Assembly (NCBI GenBank): GCA_036675425.1
Contig: JAKFFB010000045.1
Coordinates: forward strand, 11,408 to 35,407
Direction of reading: 5' to 3'
Length of the DNA stretch: 24,000 nucleotides
From: Actinomycetales bacterium
Lineage (GTDB): Bacteria > Actinomycetota > Actinomycetes > Mycobacteriales > SCTD01
Notes under the pieces: model-generated
The model's database searches: none
What the model was told of the DNA's origin: nothing
What the model saw: the letters and a program-made list of their open reading frames with translations, nothing else
Part shown: positions 1-8,228 of the stretch, in pieces
Position numbering within the stretch: the first letter of the stretch is position 1
Layout: each line of letters opens with the position of its first letter
Program-made: the position numbers and the translations under genes

Positions 1-1648
<1,648 letters not shown>

Positions 1649-1650
1649 CA

Positions 1651-2040
1651 GTGGCCTCCGAGTCCCACGAGCTGCACGTCGAGCTCGTCTCCGTCGAGCG
1701 CGAGGTCTGGAGCGGTGAGGCCAGCATGGTCATCGCCCGCACGACCGAGGGCGAGATCGGCGTCCTGCCGGGCCACGCCCCGCTGCTCGGCCAGCTGGCC
1801 GACGGCGGTGTCGTCACCGTGCACGAGAGCGGCGGCGGCCACCGGCTGATCGCCGTCCACGGCGGCTTCCTGTCCGTGACCGAGGGCGGCGTGACCATCC
1901 TCGCCGAGGTCGCCGAGCTGGCCGAGGACATCGACGCCTCCCGCGCCCGCGAGGCCCTCGACCGGGCGCGCAGCGAGCAGGACCTCGCCGCCCAGCGTCG
2001 CGCGGAGAGCCGGCTCCGAGCCGCCGGTCAGACGGTCTAG
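1651..2040 (+). CDS. atpC: ATP synthase F1 epsilon subunit
   Basis: GTG start lies 2 nt after the atpD stop. The 129-aa product has the epsilon beta-sandwich signature (VELVSVEREVWSGEA...EGEIGVLPGHAPLL) followed by a C-terminal helical region. Confidence 0.93.
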   Translation: MASESHELHVELVSVEREVWSGEASMVIARTTEGEIGVLPGHAPLLGQLADGGVVTVHESGGGHRLIAVHGGFLSVTEGGVTILAEVAELAEDIDASRAREALDRARSEQDLAAQRRAESRLRAAGQTV

Positions 2041-2070
2041 GCCCTCCGAGACCCGCGCCCCGGACCCGGC

Positions 2071-2502
2071 GTGACCACGACCTCGCTCCTGCTCGCCGGG
2101 GGCCTGCTCGCCCTCGGCGTGCTGGGCGCCGGCCTGCTCCGCCGGGTGCTGCTGCACCGCGGCGGCGGCACGATCGAGCTGTCCCTGCAGCTCAAGACCC
2201 CCGGTCACGGCCGCGGCTGGGTCAACGGCGTCGGCCGCTTCGCCGGCGACGAGCTGCAGTGGTACCGCGTCTTCAGCCTCTCGCCCCGACCGCGCCGTTG
2301 CTACTCGCGCCGCGACCTGCAGGTGCTGACCCGCCGCGAGCCCAGCGGCGGTGAGCACCGGGCGCTGCTCGAGGGCGCGGTCGTGATGGAGTGCGCCTCC
2401 TCCTCGCAGGGCCGGGTCGACCTGGCGATGTCCCGGTCGGCCGTCACCGGCTTCCTCGCCTGGCTCGAGGCGCACCCCCCGGGCGCCACCCTGCCGCTCT
2501 AG
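2071..2502 (+). CDS. DUF2550-family small membrane protein (conserved gene following atpC in actinobacteria)
   Basis: It has an N-terminal hydrophobic helix (LLLAGGLLALGVLGAGLL), then GWVNGVGRFAGDELQWYRVFSLSPRP, which I recognise as the DUF2550 pattern. Its position after atpC matches the actinobacterial arrangement. Confidence 0.8.
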   Translation: MTTTSLLLAGGLLALGVLGAGLLRRVLLHRGGGTIELSLQLKTPGHGRGWVNGVGRFAGDELQWYRVFSLSPRPRRCYSRRDLQVLTRREPSGGEHRALLEGAVVMECASSSQGRVDLAMSRSAVTGFLAWLEAHPPGATLPL

Positions 2503-2543
2503 GTCGCGCCCCGGTCGCCCTCTCTCGTACGCCTCACTTCCTT

Positions 2544-2604
2544 GATCCACGTGAGGTTGTGGGTGGATGCGCGCGGGTGATCCACCCACAACGTCACGTG
2601 GATC
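2544..2604. terminator. Long hairpin (25-bp arms, 24/25 paired, 11-nt loop) between convergent genes; probable bidirectional terminator
   Basis: GATCCACGTGAGGTTGTGGGTGGAT (2544-2568) pairs with ATCCACCCACAACGTCACGTGGATC (2580-2604), with one mismatch. It sits between the DUF2550 stop (2502) and the pduO stop (2630). No U-tract is present, as is common in actinobacteria. Confidence 0.6.
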
Positions 2605-2629
2605 ACGAGAAGCGGGGGGGTACGGACAG

Positions 2630-3208
2630 TCAGGTGCTGCGCGGGCCGCCGGGCTGCCAGAGGACGTCGCCGCCGGGGTTGGCCACCCGGGCGAGGATGA
2701 AGAGCAGGTCGGACAGCCGGTTGAGGTACAGCGCCGGCTCCTTGCCGGTGCGGTCGGGGTCGGCCGCCAGCAGCTCCCAGGTGGCCCGCTCGGCCCGCCG
2801 CACGATCGTGCGCGAGACGTGCAGCAGCGCGGCGCCGGGCGTCCCGCCGGGGAGGATGAAGCTGTTGAGCTTCTCCAGCCGGGAGTTGTAGGTGTCGCAG
2901 GCCTGCTCGAGACGCGCGGTGTAGTCGGGGGTCACCCGCAGCGGCGGGTACTTCGGGTCGGGGTCGACCGGCGTGCACAGATCGGCGCCGACGTCGAACA
3001 GGTCGTTCTGGATCGTCCGCAGCAGCTCTGCGACCTCGGGCTCCAGAGCGCCCAGCGCGATCGCGACGCCGATCGAGGAGTTGGCCTCGTCGACGTCGGC
3101 GTACGCCGTCAGCCGGGGGTCGGTCTTGCTCACCCTGCTCATGTCACCGAGCGCGGTCGTCCCGTCGTCGCCGGTCTTCGTGTAGATGCGGGTGAGGTGG
3201 ACGGCCAT
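2630..3208 (-). CDS. pduO: PduO-type ATP:cob(I)alamin adenosyltransferase
   Basis: The N-terminus MAVHLTRIYTKTGDDGTT...DANSSIG... and the C-terminal part both match the PduO/MMAB adenosyltransferase family as I recall it. Start is set at ATG 3208 (MAVHL) rather than 3217, because homologs begin there and bases 3209-3237 form a hairpin. Confidence 0.9.
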   Translation of the reverse strand: MAVHLTRIYTKTGDDGTTALGDMSRVSKTDPRLTAYADVDEANSSIGVAIALGALEPEVAELLRTIQNDLFDVGADLCTPVDPDPKYPPLRVTPDYTARLEQACDTYNSRLEKLNSFILPGGTPGAALLHVSRTIVRRAERATWELLAADPDRTGKEPALYLNRLSDLLFILARVANPGGDVLWQPGGPRST

Positions 3209-3237
3209 GAGCCGCACCCTAGGCGAGGGTGCGGCTC
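3209..3237 (-). terminator. Perfect 12-bp stem / 5-nt loop hairpin downstream of the sigma-coupled membrane protein gene
   Basis: GAGCCGCACCCT aggcg AGGGTGCGGCTC. It begins 20 nt past the stop at 3257 (minus strand) and abuts the pduO ATG. Confidence 0.5.
3216..3221 (-). promoter_or_regulatory. Candidate -10 hexamer TAGGGT, 7 nt upstream of the pduO ATG (leaderless geometry)
   Basis: The minus strand reads TAGGGT-gcggctc-ATG. This fits the TANNNT actinobacterial -10 pattern with spacing typical of leaderless mRNAs. No SD sequence is available. Confidence 0.3.
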
Positions 3238-3256
3238 AGAGCCGAGCGGGAGCGGG

Positions 3257-4588
3257 TCAGCCGGCGTTCTGGAACGGCGGGACGTCGCCCTCGGCGACCG
3301 GTCGGTCGAGGTCGCCATCGCCGTCGAGCAGCTTCCAGTAGCCCTCGGCCCCGGGGGCGACCGTGGTGACGAAGACGCCGGGCGCGAGGTCGTCCATCGG
3401 CTCGTCGTCGCCGCCGCCCTCGGAGCGCACCGCGCCGCCGGTCGACGGGGCACCGACCACCAGCAGCCGCTCGGACCCCTCGTCCCCGGGCAGCGTCGCC
3501 ACCAGCGCGGACACCGGGTCGGTGATCTCGTTCTCCGCGTACCACCACCAGCCGCCCTCGCCGAGCGAGGCCACTCCCCAGGTCCAGGGGCCGTCGCCGC
3601 TGCGCACGAGGTAGACGACCTCGATGCCTGCGTCGACCTCCCACCGCTGGACGAACAGCGGGCGGATCTCCACCAGGGCGTCGATGCCGTTGCGCGTCGC
3701 CCAGTCCTCGCCGAGCGCCTCGAGCTGGCCGGCGGTGACCAGCGACGGGTCGCCGCGGACCTCCCACGGGTTCTCCGGGTCGAGCACGGTGACCGGCTCG
3801 ACCGGGGTCGACGCCGCGACGGCGGGTGCGCTGTCCCGGTGCAGCTCCCTGCCGTTGGCGAGGACGCGGTAGGAGTCGGTCGTCGGGTCGCCCTCCAGAG
3901 CGATCGTCCCGACGCCGTTCTCGAGCTCGAGCATCTCGGTGAACTCGCTCGCTCCGTCCGGGCCGTCCTCCACCGTCGTCTGCGGCGCGGCGACGACGAC
4001 CAGCCGGCCGACCTCGTCACCGGGCAGCGCGGCAGCCAGGGCGTACGCCGGGTCGGGCAGCTCCTCGTCGACCAGGAACTCCGGACCGGACTCGGTCGGC
4101 GTCTGGGACACCCCCCACCGCAGCTCCCCGTCGACCTCGGCGAGGTAGACGAGCGTGAACTGCTGCGACGGCTCGTAGACCTGTCCCCAGAGCGGAGTCA
4201 GCTCGACGTCGGACGCGCCGCGCTTCACGCCGAGCTCCGTCTCGATGGTGGCGAGCGTGCCGGGACCGAGCAGCGAGAGGTCGTCCCCGCGGTAGGCCCA
4301 CGGACGTGCCGGGTCCAGGGCGTACGGCGACGCGCTCGGCGACGGGCTCGGTGGGGTCGTCGCGAATTGGGGAGCGTCCGGTCCCGACGACGTCGCGTCC
4401 TGCAGCGTGGGCACGGCGACCGCGATGGCTGTGACCGCGAGAGCGGAGGCCGCCACGGCAGCACCGAGCCGGGTGCGCTGGATCCGCTTCGCCCGCCGCT
4501 CGATGCCGGCCAGCGGGTCGGGGGAGGGGGCGAGCGCGGAGGCCCGGCCCTGCAGGGCGGCGCGCAGCTCGTCGTCGATGGGGGTCAT
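3257..4588 (-). CDS. Single-pass membrane protein coupled to the ECF sigma factor (putative anti-sigma/sensor) with a duplicated extracytoplasmic domain
   Basis: ATG at 4588 overlaps the sigma-factor TGA (ATGA, 4585-4588). The protein has a short cytoplasmic N-terminus, one TM helix (LGAAVAASALAVTAIAVAVP), a Pro/Ser linker, and then two homologous ~160-aa repeats. No zf-HC2 motif was seen. The upstream part of the 547-aa track ORF is sigma-factor sequence read out of frame. Confidence 0.7.
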   Translation of the reverse strand: MTPIDDELRAALQGRASALAPSPDPLAGIERRAKRIQRTRLGAAVAASALAVTAIAVAVPTLQDATSSGPDAPQFATTPPSPSPSASPYALDPARPWAYRGDDLSLLGPGTLATIETELGVKRGASDVELTPLWGQVYEPSQQFTLVYLAEVDGELRWGVSQTPTESGPEFLVDEELPDPAYALAAALPGDEVGRLVVVAAPQTTVEDGPDGASEFTEMLELENGVGTIALEGDPTTDSYRVLANGRELHRDSAPAVAASTPVEPVTVLDPENPWEVRGDPSLVTAGQLEALGEDWATRNGIDALVEIRPLFVQRWEVDAGIEVVYLVRSGDGPWTWGVASLGEGGWWWYAENEITDPVSALVATLPGDEGSERLLVVGAPSTGGAVRSEGGGDDEPMDDLAPGVFVTTVAPGAEGYWKLLDGDGDLDRPVAEGDVPPFQNAG

Positions 4589-5115
4589 GCCGTCACTCCG
4601 GTGGGAAGGGCCGCGCGCGGGTCGTCGCGCAGGCCTGAGGTGTCGCGCAGCTTGGCCAGCGCGCGGGACGTCGTGCTCTTGACCGTGCCGACGGAGACGC
4701 CCATGACAGCGGCGGTCTCGGCCTCGGACAGGTCCTCGTAGTAGCGCAGGACGACCATCGCCCGTTGCCGCCTGGGCAGGTCGGACAGCGCCGTCCACAG
4801 CGCGTCGTGCAGGTCCGCGTCCGCCGTCGCGTCGCGACCGGCGGGTCCTTCCGGCAGCTCGCCGGTCGGGCGCTCGTCGACCTTGCGCCGGCGCCACCAC
4901 GACGTCTGCGTGTTGACCATCACCCGGCGCACGTAGCCGTCGACCGCCTCGCGCTCGCGGATCCGGTCCCAGGCCAGGTAGGTCTTGGCCAGGGCGGTCT
5001 GCAGCAGGTCCTCGGCGTCGGCGCGGTTGCCCGAGAGCATGTACGCGGTGCGCAGCAGGACCGGCGAGCGCGCGGCGACGTAGGAGCGGAAGTCCTCCCG
5101 CGCCTGCTCGTCCAC
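4585..5115 (-). CDS. ECF (SigE-family, group 4) RNA polymerase sigma-70 factor
   Basis: Region 2 reads RTAYMLSGNRADAEDLLQTALAKTYLAWDRI. Region 4 has the HTH LSEAETAAVMGVSVGTVKSTTSRALAKLR. GTG at 5115 is preceded by GAGGGGG. The remainder of the 552-aa track ORF (5116-6243) is antisense to murA and was rejected. Confidence 0.9.
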   Translation of the reverse strand: MDEQAREDFRSYVAARSPVLLRTAYMLSGNRADAEDLLQTALAKTYLAWDRIREREAVDGYVRRVMVNTQTSWWRRRKVDERPTGELPEGPAGRDATADADLHDALWTALSDLPRRQRAMVVLRYYEDLSEAETAAVMGVSVGTVKSTTSRALAKLRDTSGLRDDPRAALPTGVTA

Positions 5116-5181
5116 GTCGTTCCCCCTCGTCGTCGGTTCTCGACCGGGAAGACGCCGCTCCGGTCGTGGAGGTTGCCTCCC

Positions 5182-5187
5182 TAGACT
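5182..5187 (+). promoter_or_regulatory. Candidate -10 hexamer TAGACT, 6 nt upstream of the murA ATG (leaderless geometry)
   Basis: The sequence reads TAGACT-gacggg-ATG(5194). No convincing SD is present. Confidence 0.3.
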
Positions 5188-5193
5188 GACGGG

Positions 5194-6468
5194 ATGGAGC
5201 GCTTCCTCGTCGCCGGTGGGGCGCGACTCGCGGGTGAGGTCTCGGTGACGGGCGCGAAGAACAGCGTCCTGAAGCTGATGGCCGCCGCGCTGCTCGCCGA
5301 GGGGCGTACGACGCTCACCGCGGTGCCGGACATCCTCGACGTCACGATCATGGCCGAGGTGCTCCGCCGGCTCGGCTGCGACGTCGACCTCGGCGGCGGC
5401 CGGGTGACGATCGACGTGCCGGCGCAGCCGGCGCACGAGGCGGACTACGACCTGGTCCGGCGGATCCGCGCGTCGATCGCGGTGCTCGGCCCGCTGGTCG
5501 CCCGCTGCGGCGAGGCCAAGGTCGCGCTGCCCGGCGGCGACGCGATCGGCTCGCGCGGCCTGGACATGCACGTGGCCGGACTGGTCAAGCTCGGCGCGAC
5601 CGTGGAGAGCGAGCACGGCTACCTCATCGCGCGCGCCTCCGGGCTCACCGGGGCGCAGGTCTGGCTCGACTTCCCGAGCGTCGGCGCCACCGAGAACCTG
5701 CTGATGGCAGCAGCTCTCGCGAAGGGCACCACGGTCATCGACAACGCCGCGCGCGAGCCGGAGATCGTCGACCTCTGCGAGATGCTGGCCCAGATGGGCG
5801 CGCAGATCGGCGGCGTCGGCACCAGCACCCTCGAGATCGAGGGCGTCGAGTCGCTGCGGCCGGTCGAGCACGAGACCGTGCCGGACCGGATCGTCGCCGG
5901 CACCTGGGCGGTCGCGGCGACCATGACCCGCGGCGACGTCGTCGTGCGGGGCGGTCGGGTCGAGCACCTGGAGATGCCGCTCGAGAAGCTCGTGCAGGCC
6001 GGCGCGGAGGTCGATCCGATGGCCGACGGCTTCCGGGTCCGGATGGACTCCCGGCCCAAGGCCGTGGACGTCGTGACGCTGCCCTACCCGGGCTTCGCCA
6101 CGGACTTCCAGCCGCTGTTCCTCGGCCTCAACACCGTGGCCGAGGGCACTGCGATGATCACCGAGAACGTCTTCGAGTCCCGCTGGATGTTCGTCAACGA
6201 GCTGGTGCGCCTCGGGGCGGACGTGCGCACCGATGGGCACCACGCGGTGGTGCGCGGCAGGGAGCAGCTGTCAGGCGCGCCCGTCACCGCCCACGACATC
6301 CGGGCCGGAGCCGGTCTGGTGCTCGCCGGTCTGGTCGCGGACGGGGTCACCACCGTCGGCGAGGTGCACCACATCGACCGCGGCTACGAGGGATTCGTCG
6401 ACAAGCTCGTCAGCCTCGGGGCCGACGTGCGGCGCGAGACGGTGCCCGACGAGCCCTGGATGCGCTGA
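5194..6468 (+). CDS. murA: UDP-N-acetylglucosamine 1-carboxyvinyltransferase
   Basis: The 424-aa product reads as MurA over its full length ([18 protein letters not shown]..., [29 protein letters not shown]). Confidence 0.95.
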   Translation: MERFLVAGGARLAGEVSVTGAKNSVLKLMAAALLAEGRTTLTAVPDILDVTIMAEVLRRLGCDVDLGGGRVTIDVPAQPAHEADYDLVRRIRASIAVLGPLVARCGEAKVALPGGDAIGSRGLDMHVAGLVKLGATVESEHGYLIARASGLTGAQVWLDFPSVGATENLLMAAALAKGTTVIDNAAREPEIVDLCEMLAQMGAQIGGVGTSTLEIEGVESLRPVEHETVPDRIVAGTWAVAATMTRGDVVVRGGRVEHLEMPLEKLVQAGAEVDPMADGFRVRMDSRPKAVDVVTLPYPGFATDFQPLFLGLNTVAEGTAMITENVFESRWMFVNELVRLGADVRTDGHHAVVRGREQLSGAPVTAHDIRAGAGLVLAGLVADGVTTVGEVHHIDRGYEGFVDKLVSLGADVRRETVPDEPWMR

Positions 6469-6472
6469 CCGA

Positions 6473-6790
6473 TCAGCTGCGGACGAGGTCCCGCGCCCGC
6501 AGCGCGTCGGCCCGGAAGACCAGCACGTCGGCGCCCTCGGCGTCCGCCGCCACCGTGCACCGGATGCCGGCCTCGCGGAGCAGTGACCTGAGCATCTCGG
6601 CGTCGGCGCCGGTGCGGACCGTCGCGATCGGCACCAGCAGGCCGTAGTCGCCGCCGCGGACGGGAGCGACCGCCGCGGCCGCCCGCGGCTTCGGCGGCGC
6701 GAAGACCCAGCGGCACATCAGGATGATCACGCCGAGCGCGCCGACGGCCACGAGCGGGCCGACCAGGTAGTGGTAGCTCGACACGATCAC
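6473..6790 (-). CDS. Small membrane protein of unknown function, with one TM helix and a soluble C-terminal domain
   Basis: The frame is open with high GC3. I chose the GTG at 6790 because GGAGGAG lies 8 nt upstream. It has a TM helix (YLVGPLVAVGALGVIILM) followed by DYGLLVPIATVRTGADAEMLRSLLREAGIRCTV. The start is uncertain, since the track ORF extends to 6916. Confidence 0.5.
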   Translation of the reverse strand: MIVSSYHYLVGPLVAVGALGVIILMCRWVFAPPKPRAAAAVAPVRGGDYGLLVPIATVRTGADAEMLRSLLREAGIRCTVAADAEGADVLVFRADALRARDLVRS

Positions 6791-6870
6791 GAGAGGCGCT
6801 CCTCCGACGACGGTGGCCCCAGTCTGCCCGAGGCCCGTGCGGCGCGCCTCCTGGACCTGAGGCCGATCCG

Positions 6871-6887
6871 TGTGACCGTGGGTCACA
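6871..6887. promoter_or_regulatory. 17-bp perfect palindrome TGTGACC-gtg-GGTCACA in a divergent intergenic region (candidate operator)
   Basis: The 7-bp arms are exact reverse complements. The site lies between the divergent starts at 6790 (-) and 6961 (+). Confidence 0.3.
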
Positions 6888-6960
6888 GGCAACCTGGCGC
6901 TCTGCTCCTGCGTCACACCTGTCGAGCCTGCCGTTCCCCTCGGCAGATCGGGGAGGCCCC

Positions 6961-7302
6961 ATGCACAGCACCGCCGACGGCGACGCCTTCGCCCTCGACG
7001 CGACCGCGCCCGGCCAGCTGCTGCGGCTGCGCGGCCGGCTGGACGTCACGGCCGCGGCCGACGTCCGGCTCGCCCTGTCCGACGCGGTCGACGCCGGCGC
7101 CGGCGACCTGGTCCTCGACCTCGCCCTGCTCGAGGCCGTCGACGCCACGGGGCTCGGCGTGCTCGTCGGCGCGCACCGGCGCGCCGGCCGGAGCGGCCGG
7201 ACCCTGGTGCTGCACGACGTCCCGCCCGGGGTCGGCCGGCTGCTCCGCCGCACCCGCCTCGACCGGGTGCTCCGGCAGAGCGTGTCCACCGCCTGCGCCT
7301 GA
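6961..7302 (+). CDS. STAS-domain protein (anti-sigma factor antagonist family)
   Basis: The pattern LRLRGRLDVTAAADVRLAL...DLVLDLALLEAVDATGLGVLV fits SpoIIAA/RsbV-like STAS, with Thr at the phospho-acceptor position in DATGLG. SD GGGGAGG lies upstream of the ATG. Confidence 0.8.
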   Translation: MHSTADGDAFALDATAPGQLLRLRGRLDVTAAADVRLALSDAVDAGAGDLVLDLALLEAVDATGLGVLVGAHRRAGRSGRTLVLHDVPPGVGRLLRRTRLDRVLRQSVSTACA

Positions 7303-7354
7303 CCGGGACCTTCGACCCTTCAGTCGGCCCGCTCCGGCGGTCGATGCTCCAGGG

Positions 7355-8182
7355 GTGAGCGACCCCGGCTACTTCGGCGCGCCGCCGTCCGCCCCTCGGG
7401 AGACCCCTCCCGCCGCACGAGGCCCTCGTACGTCCGTCGTGACGGCGCTCGCGGTCGTGCTGGTCCTGGTGGTCGTCGCGGGGGTCGTGGCCGCGCAGCA
7501 GGTGAGCAGCCGGGCCGTCGGCACGGTGCACGCACTGCACGACCCGGCCCCCATCGAGGACGGCTGGGGGCCGACCTACGTCGACGAGCAGGGCCGGCCG
7601 GCGCGCTGGGACCCGTGCGAGCCGATCCGCTACGTCGTGCAGGCCGGGTGGATCCCGCACGCCGGCTGGCGCGACCTCGACGAGGCGCTGCGCCGGCTCA
7701 CCGCGGCCAGCGGGCTCCGCTTCGTGAGCGAGGGGGAGACCGACGAGATGCCGTCGCACGACCGCCCGGCCTACCAGCCGGAGAGGTACGGCGAGCGCTG
7801 GGCGCCGGTGCTCATCGGCTGGGTGCCGGGGGAGAGCACCGACGTCGGCCTGGGTGACGGGGTGCAGGGCGTGAGCATGGCCGTGGCCGTGCCCGGCAGG
7901 AGGGGACCGCACCTGGTCAGCGCGCAGGTCGTGCTGGACGCCTCGCGGCGGCTGGCCGCCGGGTTCGGGCCCGGCACCACGGACGGCGAGGTGCTGCTGC
8001 ACGAGCTCGCGCACGCGGTCGGTCTCGGGCACGTGCTCGACCCGACGCAGGTGATGTACCCGCAGGCGACCAACAGCGAGTCGGAGTTCGGCGCCGGCGA
8101 CCGGGCCGGGCTGGCTGCCCTCGGCGCGTCGGCCGGCTGCCACCCCGCCCCGAGGGCGCGCCACCTGGTCATGGAGAGCTGA
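7355..8182 (+). CDS. Membrane-anchored metzincin (matrixin/M10-like) zinc metalloprotease
   Basis: HELAHAVGLGH (HExxHxxGxxH, nt 8000-8032) is followed by a Met-turn candidate (QVMYP). An N-terminal TM helix is present (VVTALAVVLVLVVVAGVVAA). The start is set at GTG 7355, the first in-frame start after the STAS stop. The upstream part of the 470-aa track ORF overlaps the STAS gene out of frame. Confidence 0.8.
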   Translation: MSDPGYFGAPPSAPRETPPAARGPRTSVVTALAVVLVLVVVAGVVAAQQVSSRAVGTVHALHDPAPIEDGWGPTYVDEQGRPARWDPCEPIRYVVQAGWIPHAGWRDLDEALRRLTAASGLRFVSEGETDEMPSHDRPAYQPERYGERWAPVLIGWVPGESTDVGLGDGVQGVSMAVAVPGRRGPHLVSAQVVLDASRRLAAGFGPGTTDGEVLLHELAHAVGLGHVLDPTQVMYPQATNSESEFGAGDRAGLAALGASAGCHPAPRARHLVMES

Positions 8183-8216
8183 TCCGGCGTGGTGCGGGTC
8201 ACCCGAGGCCCCGCCG

Positions 8217-8222
8217 TACCAT
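8217..8222 (+). promoter_or_regulatory. Candidate -10 hexamer TACCAT, 6 nt upstream of the meaA ATG (leaderless geometry)
   Basis: The sequence reads TACCAT-ccctgc-ATG(8229). There is no SD in the 46-nt gap after the protease gene. Confidence 0.3.
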
Positions 8223-8228
8223 CCCTGC

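Noticed and set aside
3209-3217. The ATG at 3217 (MRLMAVHL...) as the pduO start.
   Set aside because: Homologs, as I recall them, begin MAVHLTRIYT. In addition, bases 3209-3237 form a perfect hairpin that looks like the terminator of the upstream gene.
2567-4741. A 724-aa ORF on the plus strand.
   Set aside because: It is antisense to pduO, the sigma-coupled membrane protein and the end of the sigma factor, all of which have recognisable protein signatures. Its product is Arg/Gly/Pro-rich noise.
5116-6243. An N-terminal extension of the 552-aa minus-strand ORF containing the sigma factor.
   Set aside because: This part is antisense to murA. The sigma-factor homology begins only at the GTG at 5115, which also has a good SD.
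6871-6887. Calling the TGTGACCgtgGGTCACA palindrome a CRP/GlxR binding site.
   Set aside because: The half-sites match TGTGA/TCACA, but the spacer is 7 nt rather than the canonical 6. It is reported only as an unassigned candidate operator.
6770-7354. An upstream extension of the metzincin ORF (470-aa version). The same issue affects 12805..13125 for the transglutaminase and 15827..16246 for the dehydrogenase.
   Set aside because: These extensions overlap well-supported neighbouring genes (STAS, DUF58, STAS) out of frame or antisense. They lack homology-like sequence, and the internal GTG starts fit the operon structure.
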